The notes under the pieces: generated by a model
What the model was told of the DNA's origin: nothing
The model's input: the letters and a program-made list of their open reading frames with translations, nothing else
Databases searched by the model: none
Position numbers and translations under genes: made by a program
Shown here: positions 29,344 through 39,829 of the stretch, piece by piece
Layout of the letters: every line of letters starts with the position of its first letter
How positions within the stretch are numbered: the stretch's first letter is position 1
NCBI GenBank assembly: GCA_965217865.1
Contig: CBDCJO010000002.1
Coordinates: 1,152,001 to 1,216,000 of the forward strand
DNA length: 64,000 bases
Reading direction: 5' to 3'
DNA from: Candidatus Latescibacterota bacterium
GTDB lineage: Bacteria > Latescibacterota > UBA2968 > SICM01

Positions 29344-30791
29344 TCCGCCGATCTCTCATCACGTTCCTCCCCTTCGTGTTGATCACAGGTTGCGCTTCGG
29401 CCCCGAAGGTAAAGCATCCGGACCTCAGGATCGAAGTCCCTCCGGCCTGGACGGCCGGGAGCACCCCGAGTGGCCGGATGGAACCGAAATGGTGGACCCG
29501 ATTCGGAGACTCTCGCCTCGACTCGCTCGTGGCGGAGGCTCTGAATCACAACTATAACCTTCAGGCCGCGTCCGCCAGGGTTCATATGGCTGCCGCGCAC
29601 GCCCGGATCGCCGGGGGCCCTCTGGTTCCTCAGGTCGGCGCTGGCGTCTCCGCGAATCGTCGCAAACAGAACTTCATCGGCCTTCCCATCCCGGGCTCGA
29701 CAGGGGTGCTCACCTCGACGAACAACAGCTTCGGAGTCTCCCTGGACCTGTCCTGGGAGATTGACCTCTGGGGCCGGCTGGGGGCCGGAAAGACAGCTGC
29801 GTTGGGAGAGCTCCAGGCGGCAAAGGCCGATCTGTGGGGCGCGAGGCTCTCCCTTTCGGCCCAGACGGCAAAGGCCTGGTTTGCCTCTGTTGAAGCCCGC
29901 AGGCAGGTCGAACTTGCCCGGGTCACTCTGGATAACGATCAAACCAGTCTGGAACAGGTCCGTACCCGGTATGAACGGGGTCTCCGGCCGTCACTGGATC
30001 TTCGGCTGACCGTGTCCAACCTTGCGACCTCCCGAGACCTTTTAGAGCAGCGGGAGCAGCTGCTCGACCGGGCCCTGCGCCAGCTGGAGATCCTGCTCGG
30101 GCGATATCCTTCTGCAGCCCTTACCCCTGGCAAGGACCTCCCCGTGGCCCAGGAAATGGTACCATCAGATCTGCCGGCGTTCCTGGTCTCCCGCAGGCCG
30201 GACCTGGTGGCCTCGGAACGTCGTCTGGCAGCTTCACACGCCCGTATCTCATTGGCCAGGCGGGCGCTCTATCCAAGGATCAGCCTGACGGCCTCCGGGG
30301 GCACGGTAAGCGACCAGCTGGGGGATCTTCTGAACGGGGACTTCGGCGTTTGGAACCTGTTGGGAAACCTGGTGCAGCCCCTTTTCCAGGGGGGACAGCT
30401 GCGTGCGAACATAAAACTGGCTGAATCACAGGCGGATCAGGCCTTAGCACTCTTTGCGCAGGACCTTCTCCAGGCCTTTTCCGAGGTGGAGTCTGCGCTT
30501 GCGGCCGAGGGGTTTTTGGCCAGGCGCCAGGAAGCCCTGGAGACGGCTGCGGAACAGGCCCTGGCGGCACGACGCCTTGCCGAGGAGCGCTATGCCGGGG
30601 GATTGACCGACCTGATTACGATGCTGGAATCAAAGCGGCGCGCATATGACGCGGAGAGCTGGCTGATTACGGTTCGCCGGCTCCGGTTGGACGCCCGGAT
30701 CGATCTTCATCTCGCCCTGGGTGGAGGGTTCAGGAACGATCAGGAAGCCTTTTCGGCTGTCGATCCATCTGAAGGAGTGAAAACGCCATGA
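29340..30791 (+). CDS. RND efflux outer membrane lipoprotein (NodT/OprM family)
   Basis: Lipobox ITGC, WWTRFGD, SWEIDLWGR, RRPDL and LALGGG. Confidence 0.93.
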   Translation: MIRRSLITFLPFVLITGCASAPKVKHPDLRIEVPPAWTAGSTPSGRMEPKWWTRFGDSRLDSLVAEALNHNYNLQAASARVHMAAAHARIAGGPLVPQVGAGVSANRRKQNFIGLPIPGSTGVLTSTNNSFGVSLDLSWEIDLWGRLGAGKTAALGELQAAKADLWGARLSLSAQTAKAWFASVEARRQVELARVTLDNDQTSLEQVRTRYERGLRPSLDLRLTVSNLATSRDLLEQREQLLDRALRQLEILLGRYPSAALTPGKDLPVAQEMVPSDLPAFLVSRRPDLVASERRLAASHARISLARRALYPRISLTASGGTVSDQLGDLLNGDFGVWNLLGNLVQPLFQGGQLRANIKLAESQADQALALFAQDLLQAFSEVESALAAEGFLARRQEALETAAEQALAARRLAEERYAGGLTDLITMLESKRRAYDAESWLITVRRLRLDARIDLHLALGGGFRNDQEAFSAVDPSEGVKTP

Positions 30792-31990
30792 ACATGAAGT
30801 GGAATCCAAAAGTCGTCCTGCCCATCGCTGTGTTCGCCTTCGGAGTCCTGGGGACCGTGGTATTGATAAAGGCCCGGCCGGTGGTTCCGACACGTGTGCC
30901 GGAGGTTCTCCCACCCCTGGTTCGCGCCGAGACTGTCAGGCTGCAGGGACTGCGAATGAAAGTTACCGCGCAGGGCAACGTAACCCCCCGCACCGAGAGC
31001 AACCTGGTTTCCCAGGTCGCGGGACAGGTTATCTCCGTTTCACCTGCGTTTGCGAGCGGAGGATTTTTCGAGGCTGGAGAGACCCTGGTTGAGATCGACC
31101 CTCGAGACTACAACCCGGCGCTTGCCCGTGCCCGATCTCAAGTGGCCCAGGCCGAACTGCGCCTGGCGCAGGAAAAGGAGGAGTCGGCCGTTGCCCGGCA
31201 GGAATGGGAGCGGATCGGAAATGGGAAGGCGGGTTCACTCGTACTTCGGGAACCGCAGCTTGCAGAAGCCCGGGCAGGCCTCGAAGCCGCCAGAGCGGGA
31301 GTGGAACAGGCGGAGCTCAACCTCGAGCGTACCAGGATCCGTGCGCCCTACGCAGGCCGCATCCGGACAAAGCACGCGGATGTGGGTCAGTTTGTCAACC
31401 CGGGATCCCCTGTAGCCAGGATCTATTCCGTCGATTTTGCCGAAGTCCGTCTGCCCGTACCAGACAAACAGCTGGCCTTCCTGGACCACGCGTTCGGTTT
31501 TCGGGGAGAACTTGCCGGAGTGCAGGGGCCCGAAGTCCTGCTTGCCGCAGAGTTTGCCGGTCAACGTCACACCTGGGCCGGACGCATCGTGCGTGTGGAA
31601 GGAGAGATCGATCCTCGAACCCGGATGGTCTACCTGGTTGCCCGGGTCGAAAATCCATATGCTCGGGGGAAGGACCCGAACCGCCCCCCACTGGCAGCGG
31701 GTCTGTTTGTCGAGGCGGAGATCATGGGTCGCCGGTTCGAGGGGGTTGCGGTCCTCCCCAGAACAGCCGTCAGGAGTGAAAATCGGGTCCTGGTGATCGA
31801 CGATCAGGATCGGCTTCGTTTCAGAGAGATCGAGATCATCCGGGCGGACGCAGGGGTCGTGGTGGTCCGCTCGGGTTTGGATGAAGGGGAGAGAATCTGT
31901 CTGTCTCCACTGGATGCGGTGACAGACGGCATGCGGGTCCGGATTATGGTTGAGGAGGAGACCTTGACTGGAGCAGGAGGTTCCGGATGA
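30788..31990 (+). CDS. RND efflux periplasmic adaptor (membrane fusion protein)
   Basis: N-terminal TM, lipoyl/hairpin segments, IRAPYAGRI and IDPRTR. Confidence 0.92.
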   Translation: MNMKWNPKVVLPIAVFAFGVLGTVVLIKARPVVPTRVPEVLPPLVRAETVRLQGLRMKVTAQGNVTPRTESNLVSQVAGQVISVSPAFASGGFFEAGETLVEIDPRDYNPALARARSQVAQAELRLAQEKEESAVARQEWERIGNGKAGSLVLREPQLAEARAGLEAARAGVEQAELNLERTRIRAPYAGRIRTKHADVGQFVNPGSPVARIYSVDFAEVRLPVPDKQLAFLDHAFGFRGELAGVQGPEVLLAAEFAGQRHTWAGRIVRVEGEIDPRTRMVYLVARVENPYARGKDPNRPPLAAGLFVEAEIMGRRFEGVAVLPRTAVRSENRVLVIDDQDRLRFREIEIIRADAGVVVVRSGLDEGERICLSPLDAVTDGMRVRIMVEEETLTGAGGSG

Positions 31991-34900
31991 AGGGTGCCGT
32001 CGCCTGGTTCGCAGAAAACAGCGTCGCGGCCAACCTCTTGATGGCCTTGATCATTGTAGGTGGCTTCTTGACGATTTCGGGGCTCAAGATCGAGGTTTTT
32101 CCGGAATTCTCGTCCGAATTGATCACGGTATCCGTGGTCTATCCCGGTGCGGCACCGGAGGAAGTCGAGGAGGCGGTATGCGTTCGCATCGAGGAGAAGA
32201 TCCAGGGGCTTGAAGGGATCAAGCGCATCACATCAAATGCCCAGGAAAATCTGGGATCCGTCACCGTTGAGCTCCTCCCAGGGGTGGATGTCAGAAAAAC
32301 CCTGGACGATATCAAATCCCGCGTGGACGCCATCGATACCTTTCCGGATGAGACGGAGACCCCCGTCGCCAGAGAGGTCGTCAATCGCAGACAGGTCATC
32401 AACGTGGCCGTCTCCGGGGACGCGGATGAGGCGACCCTCAAGGTCCTCGGCGAACGGGTGCGGGACGAGATCGCAGCTCTTCCGGGGATCACCCAGGTGG
32501 AGTTGGCAAACGCACGTCCGTATGAGATCTCCGTCGAGGTCTCGGAAGAGGCCTTGAGGCGATACGGGCTCACATTCGACGAGGTGGCCCGGGCTGTTCG
32601 CCTCTCCTCCCTGGACCTTCCCGGCGGGGCCATCAGGTCCGAGGGCGGCGAGATTCTCCTGCGCACAAAGGGGCAGGCATACCGTGGGGCCGACTTTGAG
32701 GCCCTGGTCCTGCGCTCCCTCCCGGACGGGGCAAACTTAAGGCTGGGCCAGGTGGCGACCGTCGTCGACGGGTTCGCCGAGACCGATCAGGCGGCGCGGT
32801 TCGACGGCAAACCGTCGGTCCTAGTCCAGGTCTTTCGGGTGGGGGATCAGGACGCTCTCGAGATCGCTGAGAAGGTCAAGGCTTATGTTGCCGAGGAAGG
32901 GGTTCGGCTGCCCGAAGGGATTTCTCTCACCGTCTGGGGGGATTTTTCAAGAATCCTCAGAAGCCGCCTCGACCTGATGGTTCGGAACGGTCGGGCGGGA
33001 TTCATCCTGGTCTTTATCGCCCTGACCCTGTTTTTGCGGTTGCGTCTGGCCTTCTGGGTGGCCCTGGGCATCCCGATCTCTTTCCTCGGCGCCATTTGGT
33101 TGATGCCCGGTATGGGCGCCTCGATCAACCTGATTTCACTCTTCGCGTTCATCGTGGTCCTGGGGATCGTCGTGGACGACGCCATCATCGTGGGGGAAAA
33201 CATCTACCGGCACTTCCAACAGGGGAAGAGGGGCCTGCGCGCAGCCGTCGAAGGGGCCCAGGAGGTGGCCGTGCCCGTAATCTTTGCCGTCCTGACCTCG
33301 ATCGCTGCCTTCAGCCCGCTGCTCATGGCCCCCGGAAACACAGGCAAGATCATGAAGTTGATCCCTCAAATCGTAATCGCAACCCTGATCTTCTCCCTGG
33401 TGGAATCGATGCTGATCCTTCCGGCCCATCTTGCGCACTCCAGGATGAACGGACCGACGGCTTCTTCCCGGGGCATCTGGGCCTTATGGAGCCGAATTCA
33501 GGATCGATTCTCAAAAGGACTGCGAGGTATTACCGATCAGGCCTATCGCCCCTTCCTCGAGCTCGCCCTCCGCTGGCGCTACCTCACGATCGCGATCGGA
33601 GTCTCTACGCTTCTCATCACCGGAGGGCTGGTCTTCGGGGGAAGGATCAAATTTCTCTTCTTCCCGAATGTCGATGCAGACAACGTTGTGGCCCTCTTGA
33701 CCATGCCCAGGGGAACACCCGCTGAGCAAACCGCAGGGGCAGTGAGCCGACTCGAGGCCACCACCAAACAGCTCCAGGACGAACTTGAAGCAGAGAAGGG
33801 CAAAAGGTTATTTCGTCACGTCCTCGCATCCGTCGGCGAACAGCCTTTTCTGGCCGCCCAGAGACAAAACGCCGGGAAGAACGCCTCCTTTACGGGGGCT
33901 CACCTGGGGGAGGTCAATATCGAACTGGTCCCCTCCGAAATCAGAGGTCTGACCAGCCCTGAAATCGCCAGACGTTGGCGTGAATTGACCGGCCCTATTC
34001 CAGAAGCCCAGGACCTGAGCTTCACAGCTTCGCTCTTTTCCGTCGGCGATGCGATAAACGTCCAGCTCTATGGTCCAGGCTACACGGAACTCCGTCAGGT
34101 GGCGGACAAGCTGAAGTCACGGTTGGAGGAATATCCAGGGGTCATCGATATCGCCGATACCTTTCGCCCGGGCAAACAGGAAATCAAACTGACCCTCAAG
34201 CGCTCCGCGGAGAACTTTGGACTGACCCTTTCCGATCTCGCGCGTCAGGTCCGGCAGGCCTTTTATGGTGAAGAAGCACAGCGCATCCAGAGAGGCCGGG
34301 ACGACATCAAGGTGATGGTCAGGTATCCCGCCAGAGAGCGTCGTTCCATTGGAAATCTTGAGGAAATGCGCGTTCGAACGCCGGATGGAGGGGAGGTTCC
34401 CTTTTCGGTCGCGGCCGAGGCCGACATGGGACGCGGCTTCGCCTCCATACAGCGTGCCGACAGGCAGCGTGTGGTGAACGTCACCGCGGATGTCGACAAA
34501 AGCAAGGCCAACGCCAACGAGATTCTATCGGATCTCACCGCAAACGTCTTGCCGGATCTGCTGGGCGATCATCCCCGGGTCCGTTACACCCTCGAAGGGG
34601 AGCAGCGTGAGCAGAGCGATACCATGGGTGGCCTCCTGAAGGGGTTCCTGATTGCCTTGATCGTCATCTATATTCTTCTGGCCATTCCATTCAAGTCCTA
34701 CCTGCAGCCCATCATCGTCATGACCGCCATCCCGTTTGGCCTGGTCGGCGCCGTCTGGGGGCACCTGATCATGGGGTTGGATCTCACCATCCTCTCCCTG
34801 TTCGGGCTGGTCGCCTTGAGCGGGGTGGTGGTCAACGACAGCCTGGTGATGGTCGACTTTATCAACCGGGCCCGCGCAGGGGGCGGAAAGTCTTTATCGG

Positions 34901-35184
34901 AAGCCATAAGGGAAGCAGGCGCAGCCCGTTTTCGCCCCATCCTGCTGACATCCCTGACCACCTTCCTGGGCCTAAGTCCCCTCCTCCTGGAAAAGAGCCT
35001 TCAAGCCCAGTTCCTCATCCCCATGGCCGTTTCCCTCGGGTTTGGGGTCCTCTTCTCCACCTTTATAACCCTGATCCTGGTACCCGTCAGTTATTCGATC
35101 CTGGAAGACCTCAAACGTATCGCAGCCTCGGGCCTGGACCGGATCAACGGGGAAACCGCCGGAGATATGAAACACGTGGCTTAG
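31987..35184 (+). CDS. RND efflux permease (AcrB/AcrD/AcrF family)
   Basis: GIVVDDAIIVGEN, GVVVNDS and RFRPILLTSLTT; 1065 aa. Confidence 0.95.
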   Translation: MKGAVAWFAENSVAANLLMALIIVGGFLTISGLKIEVFPEFSSELITVSVVYPGAAPEEVEEAVCVRIEEKIQGLEGIKRITSNAQENLGSVTVELLPGVDVRKTLDDIKSRVDAIDTFPDETETPVAREVVNRRQVINVAVSGDADEATLKVLGERVRDEIAALPGITQVELANARPYEISVEVSEEALRRYGLTFDEVARAVRLSSLDLPGGAIRSEGGEILLRTKGQAYRGADFEALVLRSLPDGANLRLGQVATVVDGFAETDQAARFDGKPSVLVQVFRVGDQDALEIAEKVKAYVAEEGVRLPEGISLTVWGDFSRILRSRLDLMVRNGRAGFILVFIALTLFLRLRLAFWVALGIPISFLGAIWLMPGMGASINLISLFAFIVVLGIVVDDAIIVGENIYRHFQQGKRGLRAAVEGAQEVAVPVIFAVLTSIAAFSPLLMAPGNTGKIMKLIPQIVIATLIFSLVESMLILPAHLAHSRMNGPTASSRGIWALWSRIQDRFSKGLRGITDQAYRPFLELALRWRYLTIAIGVSTLLITGGLVFGGRIKFLFFPNVDADNVVALLTMPRGTPAEQTAGAVSRLEATTKQLQDELEAEKGKRLFRHVLASVGEQPFLAAQRQNAGKNASFTGAHLGEVNIELVPSEIRGLTSPEIARRWRELTGPIPEAQDLSFTASLFSVGDAINVQLYGPGYTELRQVADKLKSRLEEYPGVIDIADTFRPGKQEIKLTLKRSAENFGLTLSDLARQVRQAFYGEEAQRIQRGRDDIKVMVRYPARERRSIGNLEEMRVRTPDGGEVPFSVAAEADMGRGFASIQRADRQRVVNVTADVDKSKANANEILSDLTANVLPDLLGDHPRVRYTLEGEQREQSDTMGGLLKGFLIALIVIYILLAIPFKSYLQPIIVMTAIPFGLVGAVWGHLIMGLDLTILSLFGLVALSGVVVNDSLVMVDFINRARAGGGKSLSEAIREAGAARFRPILLTSLTTFLGLSPLLLEKSLQAQFLIPMAVSLGFGVLFSTFITLILVPVSYSILEDLKRIAASGLDRINGETAGDMKHVA

Positions 35185-35332
35185 GTTGCCGGGAAGATGT
35201 GAAGAAAGGTGGGAAAATCGAGGGATATGGGAGCGAACGAAAGAACGGCGGCGTTGGGGTCCGATGAAAGGGTAAGGACGGTTAGCTAGAAGGAGAATCA
35301 AATGCTAGAAGTTTGGTTAAAATAAAACAATA

Positions 35333-35413
35333 CCCCTTCCCCGTTAGGGAAGGGGGTTTGGGGGGGGTTAGGTCTGACACTTGACCCCGAATTTTATATG
35401 TCCGTCACTGGTT
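35333..35413. repeat. Dispersed non-coding repeat (MITE/REP-like), copy 1
   Basis: CCCCTTCCCCGTTAGGGAAGGGG hairpin, a G-rich tract, then CGAATTTTATATGTCCGTCACTGGTT. Related copy at 45294-45386. Confidence 0.65.
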
Positions 35414-35431
35414 CCGAATCACGATCCCCGG

Positions 35432-35511
35432 CTTCCCTGCCACCTGCTACTGCCTTTTCCCGTCTCACGTTTCACGTCTCACGTTTGACGGCCTTTCAAT
35501 CTTCAATTTCC
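35432..35511. repeat. Composite short tandem repeat cassette, copy C
   Basis: CCTGCCACCTGCTACTG, TCTCACG/TTTCACG x3, TTTGACG, TTTCAA-TCTTCAA, TTTCC. Abuts the hflC stop. Confidence 0.88.
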
Positions 35512-36453
35512 CTACCGCCCCCTTTGGTTTTGAAGGTACTTTAAAAAGTCCCCCTTGGTGGATAAAATCAGCCAGTCCTTATCCAGCAACGTCGTCTCGT
35601 AAGTCTCCATAGTCTTCAGGAAACGGTAAAAATCACGCGACTCTGGGCTCTTATTGTAGGCCCTCGCGTAGATGGCCACGGCCTCACCGTCCGCCTTCCC
35701 CATGATCTCCTGCGCGATCTTATAGGCTCCGGACTGAATCTTTTTCAGGTCGCGCTCTTTATCGCCCATGATCTTGCTTGCCTCACCCTGTCCTTCAGAC
35801 CGGAATTTCTCCGCGATCCGTTGTCGCTCCGAAATCATCCGTTCGAAGATCTTCTTCTGAACTTCCTCAACATACTTGATTCGTTTGAATCGAAGGTCCA
35901 GCAGTTCGATGCCGAGCTCCGCGGTACGCGGGGCAGCCGTTGCCAGAATGCCGCGCGTGATCTTTTCACGCCCGATTTCGATTTCCGGAAAGGTCTCCGC
36001 CTCCTCCCCCTCGGTCAGATCTTGGCTGGCCTGTGGTGTACGGTTGGTGGAACGGATCAATTCGACAAGATCTTGCTTTGCGATCGCATTCCGGGTCTCT
36101 CCGTCCAGGACATCGTCCAACCGGGACTGGGCCGTGCGCTCGTCCCGAACCCTCTGAAAAAACAGCAGGGGGTCCGCGATCCGCCAGCGCGCATAGGTAT
36201 CCACCCAGATAAATCTCTTGTCTCGGGTCGGGACCTGGTTGGGATCCCCATCCCATTCCAAAAACCGCTTTTCAAAAAAATGGGCGACCTGGATGATTGG
36301 AAGTTTAAAATGAAGCCCCGGCGCGGTAATCGGAACCCCAACCGGTTTTCCGAATTGTGTAATCACGACCTGTTTGGTCTCTTGTACCACATACGCTGAT
36401 GATATGACGACAATCAATACGATCAGCCCGAGAACCCCCAAGACGACTTTCAT
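35512..36453 (-). CDS. hflC: Protease modulator HflC
   Basis: TQFGKP, PGLHFK, TRDKRFIWVD, RMISERQRIAEKFRSEG and FYRFLKTMETY. Confidence 0.93.
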   Translation of the reverse strand: MKVVLGVLGLIVLIVVISSAYVVQETKQVVITQFGKPVGVPITAPGLHFKLPIIQVAHFFEKRFLEWDGDPNQVPTRDKRFIWVDTYARWRIADPLLFFQRVRDERTAQSRLDDVLDGETRNAIAKQDLVELIRSTNRTPQASQDLTEGEEAETFPEIEIGREKITRGILATAAPRTAELGIELLDLRFKRIKYVEEVQKKIFERMISERQRIAEKFRSEGQGEASKIMGDKERDLKKIQSGAYKIAQEIMGKADGEAVAIYARAYNKSPESRDFYRFLKTMETYETTLLDKDWLILSTKGDFLKYLQNQRGR

Positions 36454-37433
36454 CTTCTTTCCTCCTTTTGGAACTGGAACAGAGGGAGAATCCCGGAGGC
36501 CTTTTCGTCCGTAATCAATTTTCGACCGACGTTTTGCATGACTTTATTCATCGTCTCCAGGTAAATTCGCTGCCGGGTGACCTCTTTGGCCCGCATATAC
36601 TCCTTGAATACGGAGTTGAATTTGGACGCTTCCCCTCGGGCTTTGTTGACCCGCTCCAGTGCATACCCCCGGGACGCTTCGATTGTCCGGGCGGCCTCGC
36701 CCCGGGCCTTGGGAATCACCTGATTGTATGCCGAGCGCGCCTGGTTGATCAATTTCTCGCGCTCCTGTTGCGCTTCGTTCACCTCATTGAACGCGGGCTT
36801 CACCGCATCGGGAGGATTCACGTCCTGAAGGACCACCTGGTCCACCTTGATCCCCGTGTCGTACTGGTCGCACAGGGTCTGCAGATTCACGGAAACGGCG
36901 TGTTCGATCTCCTGCCGACCGATCGTCAACACCTCATTCACGGTGCGGTCTCCGACCACTTCACGCATAACCGCCTCGTTGATGTCGCGGAAAGTCTTGC
37001 GTGCGCTCCTGACCCGGAACAAATATTTATACGGGTCTTTGATGCGATACTGCACAATCCATTCCACCTGCGCCGCATTCAGGTCTCCCGTCAACATCAA
37101 TGATTCTTCCTGATAACTCCGGTGGGAAGAATATTGGGTTTGAATCTGCGCAAGTCGGGTCCGAAATCCAAATTCCTCCTTTAATTGCCGCTCAACCGGA
37201 ACTTTGGTAACGGTTTCGACGCCGAAGGGGATTTTGATATGTAAACCGGGCTCCTCCAGACGGACATACTCTCCGAAACGCAGAACCACGCCCACCTCTT
37301 CAGGGTCCACAGTGAACCAGGAAGAAAACAAAAGGATCAGGATCAGGATTCCCAGCACAATCCAAACAAACGTCCGAGCTTGAATGTTCGGCGGCTTGAA
37401 ATCTCTTAAATCGAAAGGCATATTATCGGCCAT
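36450..37433 (-). CDS. hflK: FtsH protease activity modulator HflK
   Basis: GVVLRFG, SLMLTGDLN, LQDVNPPDAVKPAFNEV and VTRQRIYLETM. Start set at ATG 37433. Confidence 0.93.
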   Translation of the reverse strand: MADNMPFDLRDFKPPNIQARTFVWIVLGILILILLFSSWFTVDPEEVGVVLRFGEYVRLEEPGLHIKIPFGVETVTKVPVERQLKEEFGFRTRLAQIQTQYSSHRSYQEESLMLTGDLNAAQVEWIVQYRIKDPYKYLFRVRSARKTFRDINEAVMREVVGDRTVNEVLTIGRQEIEHAVSVNLQTLCDQYDTGIKVDQVVLQDVNPPDAVKPAFNEVNEAQQEREKLINQARSAYNQVIPKARGEAARTIEASRGYALERVNKARGEASKFNSVFKEYMRAKEVTRQRIYLETMNKVMQNVGRKLITDEKASGILPLFQFQKEERR

Positions 37434-37586
37434 AAAAAGCACTCTCCTTTTCCCGTTGATTGAACCGATCTGGTGAATCAATGACGAAAAGTCAGTAAAA
37501 AATCGTCGAGATCACCCGGAACTTCAGAGCAATATACGCCTCCAACAGGTTGAAAACAAGCAAATTCCTTGGCCGAATGTTCGGCC

Positions 37587-37615
37587 TTGACTTTGGGCCC
37601 CTTTGGGGGTAGTTT
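37587..37615 (+). promoter_or_regulatory. Sigma70-type promoter for zapA
   Basis: TTGACT-N17-TAGTTT. Confidence 0.45.
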
Positions 37616-37709
37616 TTGAAGGCACGAGGGGGAAACCCAGCGTCTTTCAACGCCCTCGGTTTGAACGGTCCCCCTGGGGGAGACTTCAGTCTTTGGCTCA
37701 GAGGCCGAT

Positions 37710-38135
37710 ATGATTGAAAAGGATGGAGATAAAACGAATGGACCCGAAGAGGGTCAGAACACCACTGTCGTCAAGATATTGGGAGTAGAATATCGGATCC
37801 ATAGCTCCGAGGACCCGTCATACACGGCGCGTTTGGCGGAGTACGTCGACCGGAAAATGCGGGAGGTCGGAAAAAAGAGCCCGATTCTGGACCACTCGAA
37901 GCTGGCGGTGCTGGCTGCAATGGACTTCGCAGATGAATTGCTGTCCAAGCGCCGGAGACGGTATTCGATGATCGGCCGGACGAACACCGTGACGGAAAAA
38001 CTCGCACGCGAGGTCACAGGAGAACCAAGAGACGACCGGAGTATCTCACCAACGACTGCCGAAAATCGAAGTAAACCACCCCGCCCAAAGGGCGGGGCAT
38101 TAACCACTCCCATCCCCAAACAGATCCAACTGTAG
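37710..38135 (+). CDS. zapA: Cell division protein ZapA; C-terminus read from the IS end
   Basis: VKILGVEYRI, LAEYVDRKMREV and LAVLAAMDFADEL. Confidence 0.85.
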   Translation: MIEKDGDKTNGPEEGQNTTVVKILGVEYRIHSSEDPSYTARLAEYVDRKMREVGKKSPILDHSKLAVLAAMDFADELLSKRRRRYSMIGRTNTVTEKLAREVTGEPRDDRSISPTTAENRSKPPRPKGGALTTPIPKQIQL

Positions 38136-38670
38136 GGGCCCTTTCTGCTCTTGACGATGATACCGAATATATTGCTCAATCACTTCAGAAGTCACCTTGT
38201 CGCCTACGGTGCGGGCAAAATAACCATCTTCCCAGAATTCTCCACCCCATAACTCCCGTTTCACCTCTGGATGTTCTCGGAAGACCCCGCTGCCCGAAAT
38301 ACTCTTCAAAATGCCCACTACCTTAGAAATCGAATACCGGGGAGGAAACGACAAGAAAATATGCACATGATCTTCGGCCACTTCCATCTCTTGGATGTCA
38401 AAACCAAAATCCTCTGCTATCCGATGAAACAGCTTGCCCACATACTCTCGAAGGTCACCTCGCAGAATCCATTTCCGATACTTCGGTGCCCATACCAGAG
38501 GATACTGGCTATCATAGACTGCGTGACTGGTCCGTCGGAGTCCCATCGTATGCCTCCTGAGTCGATTTGTGTCTCAGTGGTCTGCACACGATAAGACAGC
38601 CTTTTAGCTTGCCTTCGGCAAGCTAAACTTTTCCTCCCCTTCCAAAGGAAGGGGTATCCAAGTCCAAATA
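38071..38670 (-). mobile_element. IS200/IS605 family element carrying tnpA only; upstream boundary approximate
   Basis: Subterminal hairpins CCCCTTCC-TTT-GGAAGGGG (upstream) and CCCCGCCC-TTT-GGGCGGGG followed by TGGTTTAC (downstream). An extra TTTAGCTTGCC-GAA-GGCAAGCTAAA hairpin. No TIR or TSD, as expected for this family. Confidence 0.85.
38100..38546 (-). CDS. tnpA: IS200-type Y1 transposase TnpA
   Basis: VWAPKYRK, DHVH (HUH motif), FWEDGYFARTVG and YIRYH (catalytic Tyr). Confidence 0.93.
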   Translation of the reverse strand: MGLRRTSHAVYDSQYPLVWAPKYRKWILRGDLREYVGKLFHRIAEDFGFDIQEMEVAEDHVHIFLSFPPRYSISKVVGILKSISGSGVFREHPEVKRELWGGEFWEDGYFARTVGDKVTSEVIEQYIRYHRQEQKGPLQLDLFGDGSG

Positions 38671-38728
38671 CTTTCATGAATCCCCCCAAAAAACACCCGT
38701 TCTTTTGACGCGGAAGGATATTGAAGAG

Positions 38729-39229
38729 ATGGCGGCGGAGGCCGACGCGAGGATTTCTCGGTTGGCCAAGAGTCTGTGCAGTGTGCTCCTGATGGCCGTC
38801 GCCGCATTGGGGGTCGTGTTCATCGCAGCCGTCTGGCTCGGACTTGTCGTGATCGCATCGGTCCTCATCGCCGTCTGCCTCGTGACGGTCACCCTATACC
38901 TTTTTGTCCGTCTGTGGCCCGCCCCACCACCAGGCACCCGTCCCGAACCCGCTGCCCTCCCGATCGGCGAACCCGAAACCGTCCCGGTCCTGGATGTTCC
39001 GGGAGCGTCGAAATCTCGAATCCTCTGGACCTTGCGTGAAATGGGCAAGCGCCAGGATGGATTCAAGATCAGCGGCCGTTCCGCGGAGCGTTTCGCGCGG
39101 ACCATCCGGTTTATCCTGAAGGCCGAGAACCGTCGGTGGTTGGCCTCCCAAAGCAGTCAAACAGTCCAGATGATGAACACAAACCAGGGGGGAACCACGG
39201 CCCCCCGTCAACTTGAAAATCCTTCCTGA
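38729..39229 (+). CDS. Hypothetical membrane protein with two TMs and a Pro-rich linker
   Basis: Long hydrophobic hairpin, then WPAPPPGTRPEP and a basic helical C-terminus. Start uncertain (38705 or 38729). Confidence 0.55.
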   Translation: MAAEADARISRLAKSLCSVLLMAVAALGVVFIAAVWLGLVVIASVLIAVCLVTVTLYLFVRLWPAPPPGTRPEPAALPIGEPETVPVLDVPGASKSRILWTLREMGKRQDGFKISGRSAERFARTIRFILKAENRRWLASQSSQTVQMMNTNQGGTTAPRQLENPS

Positions 39230-39322
39230 GTTCCACCTGCGATCGCTTTTCCAACCCTTCTTAACAATCTTCCCCGTTCCTCAATACGATCTTTCCCTAT
39301 CCACCTCTTCCGATAGAATTTG

Positions 39323-39772
39323 CTAAGTTAGCTGATTGAGCCGTGTATTGAGCTCCCAAAGTGCATTCTTGTTGCTGTCCCAATTCAGCATCGCTACAGC
39401 CTCCTGATACGCAACCCACCTGAACTCAGTATGTTCCTTCGATAAATTCAGTGCGCTGTGATCCACTTCTACACCAAACGTGTGTTCAGGGATTACGAAA
39501 ACATCGTTCCCCCAGGTAAACTCTCCTGTTACCCCTTCAACAGGAATGGTACTCCTTGAATCGAGGATGATGTACCTGGAATCAGGCGAGACTCCCGCTT
39601 CCTCCAATGATTCACGTCTCGCAGCTTCAATCGGAGTTTCTTTATCCTCACCTCCACCCGCAATGAACTGCCAGTATTCACCATCGCTTCTTTTGAAAAC
39701 AGCATACTCTATCTTGTTGCCCCTACTGCATCGAAAGGGAAGAACCAGTACTTGAAAAGGAGCTCTACTCAT
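39323..39772 (-). CDS. NUDIX pyrophosphatase (NudB-like)
   Basis: MSRAPFQVLVLPF, Nudix box WQFIAGGGEDKETPIEAARRESLEEAG, LSKEH and WDSNK. Confidence 0.88.
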   Translation of the reverse strand: MSRAPFQVLVLPFRCSRGNKIEYAVFKRSDGEYWQFIAGGGEDKETPIEAARRESLEEAGVSPDSRYIILDSRSTIPVEGVTGEFTWGNDVFVIPEHTFGVEVDHSALNLSKEHTEFRWVAYQEAVAMLNWDSNKNALWELNTRLNQLT

Positions 39773-39829
39773 ATCAGAAATCCGATGCGGTGGACAGCCT
39801 CTATGGACAACAATTGCATAAGCACTTCT

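Noticed and set aside
37616-37709. 6S RNA or riboswitch beside zapA
   Set aside because: GC-rich but too short, and upstream of zapA, whereas 6S RNA usually lies downstream. No recognisable motif.
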